Part shown: piece after piece, positions 62,549 to 64,000 of the stretch
Position numbering within the stretch: position 1 is the stretch's first letter
Layout of the letters: each line of letters starts with the position of its first letter
DNA from: Phoronis australis
Lineage: Eukaryota > Animalia > Phoronida
Length of the DNA stretch: 64,000 bases
Reading direction: 5' to 3'
Assembly: GCA_002633005.1 (NCBI GenBank)
Contig: NMRA01000025.1
Location: 1,157,160-1,221,159 of the forward strand
Translations under genes and position numbers: made by a program
Notes under the pieces: generated by a model
Seen by the model: the letters and a program-made list of their open reading frames with translations, nothing else
Told to the model about the DNA's origin: nothing
Database searches by the model: none

Positions 62549-64000
62549 AGTAGTATAGAAAGTCATTTAGGCGCCCCGTTTATGAAGCTCCCCGTCAAAG
62601 GTCAAAGGGGAAAGGTCAAAGATCACGTAATATGTTTAATTGGACCTGTTAGAGAGGGACCTCGCTCCAAGGTCATGAGTGGAACCGGAAGTCATCGGTA
62701 AACCGGAAAGACGAATTGGAAATCATGTGACTGCTGACGTCATCAGGTAAGTTAGGGCTTGGCACCGTACACCACCCGGATGTTCTGGCACAAAAAGACT
62801 TTGAATACGTTGTGTTTGTAGACTTCAACTGATCGAGAGTGGAAACAAAATAGGGATTACGCTGAGTGCTGAATAAGAACAAAAGGTTGATTCTTTTATT
62901 TCGCGTGCGTCACGCGTCGTCGTTGTATATTATTCTCTCTTATCTCTCAACAACAGGTGTTGCGTGTAACCGGTGAAAGATGAGAAGGGGATACTGTACA
63001 CCTCAACATCAGATGTCTCGTATATCACTAAGTTTATCAACCCGCCTAGAGTCCTCACCAAAACGCTTGAAGCATTTTACGGGAGCGAATTCGACCACTT
63101 GATAGACGTTTGTGATATCCAGGTTGTGTTCCAAGTTCTATTTCAGAAACGGAGTTGCCAACAGAATTTTCTCACAGAAGAAATTTCCCACCAGAGATCG
63201 TTGTGGTCGGCTCAGGATTTTGTTTCTCTCAGCATACTCCCGCGCAAAATCTCCATTGTCGTCTCTGCTGATGTCTATACATTCTTGAAAATAGGTTGCA
63301 TTTCTGAAAAGTGCTCTCTCAGATGCCTGGGGTCCTCGATGTCACATTCCACAACCCCGAACAGAGTATCGTCTAGAACGAATGCCTTTATTTGTTCGCT
63401 AGTCAAGCTATAGAAACGTTCCGTGGGTAACTCGTCTTCTGAGAAAAGAACGTAGGGAATCGTTTTGCCGTCTCAAATTCGCACTCCCAGATCTCTTCGT
63501 AATCGAAGGCTAGGTCGATGCTATAGTCTCCAATCTTTCTAGTGTTCTCTTTAAGCTCACTCATAGCGACGGGTTTCGTTCCTCGCCCTCGGAGTTCCGT
63601 CATCTTTTCTCGTGAGACGGCAGTCGTGGGCGTGCCAGTAACATCCTTGGAATTGGAATACTTTGTGCGTCTGACGACAGAAACCGTCCTTTGGAATACG
63701 ACGCTGACCCACCCTTTTTCAACCCCGTTGAACTGGTGACGAACACTGATTCCGCATTGCCACCCTACGTCAAATTGTTTTCATGTCTATGACGAATGAA
63801 TGATCCGGTCGGTTGCTCGTTCATGATGCTGCGAAGTGAAGGTAGAGAGCATTTACATCGAAGCCCAGAATCTTTGACACCATCTTTGGTCTTTTTCCCA
63901 CTTTCTCCATCTGCCTTTGGCGTATGAACTTCTTTCCCTTTTCGTGGTACCTGTGGAAAACAATACTGGGACTTCCGACGATATTCTGTTTGAAGGTACA
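62549..64000. mobile_element. Polinton/Maverick (adintovirus-like) element: one terminus plus internally deleted body, continuing past the window end
   Basis: Begins AGTAGTATAGAAAG, matching the AGTAGT-type Polinton terminus. Followed by a TIR-like zone with repeated AAGGTCA and CCGGAA motifs, then PolB fragments pointing toward the terminus. Confidence 0.8.
63050..64000 (-). pseudogene. Decayed protein-primed family-B DNA polymerase (pPolB) with Vsr-like endonuclease insertion
   Basis: Manual multi-frame translation gives NIVGSPSIVFHRYHEKGK..KILGFDVNALYL (motif A), EQPTGSFIR, VRHQFNGVEK, IPKDGFCRQTHKVFQFQGCYWHAHDC, LFGVVECDIEDPRHLREHFSEMQPIFKNV and EKILLATPFLK*NLEHNLDITNVYQVVEFAPVKCFKRFGE. 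Several frameshifts and stops; motifs B and C are absent. Confidence 0.9.

Noticed and set aside
62973-63413. 146-aa plus-strand ORF
   Set aside because: Antisense shadow of the decayed PolB on the minus strand.

Overview
AT-rich animal genomic DNA, probably a marine invertebrate (inferred from repeat types), from a short-read diploid scaffold with seven single-N joins and one 929-nt gap. Most of the window (1 to about 53.7 kb) is the 3' part of a + strand TRIT1/MiaA-family tRNA dimethylallyltransferase gene. Eight conserved coding exons lie at 42144-52537, with a probable terminal exon at 53697. The P-loop N-terminal exons were not found and probably lie upstream. The preceding 42 kb is intron-like and carries three small phase-0 candidate exons, homeodomain-site-rich patches and many DNA-transposon relics: piggyBac, hAT-like elements with 5/6-bp TSDs, Academ-like, Harbinger-like, Kolobok-like and tRNA-derived SINE heads. 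Downstream of TRIT1 are a decayed hAT-like transposon, a 42-bp minisatellite, a possible ZMYND15-like pseudogene and an intact intronless 470-aa kinase ORF with non-canonical catalytic motifs. The window ends in the terminus and decayed protein-primed PolB of a Polinton/Maverick (adintovirus-like) element. Several apparent tandem duplications are two haplotypes joined by one N, and two of them reveal probable heterozygous transposon insertions. All family assignments come from motif recognition by eye; no database searches were run.
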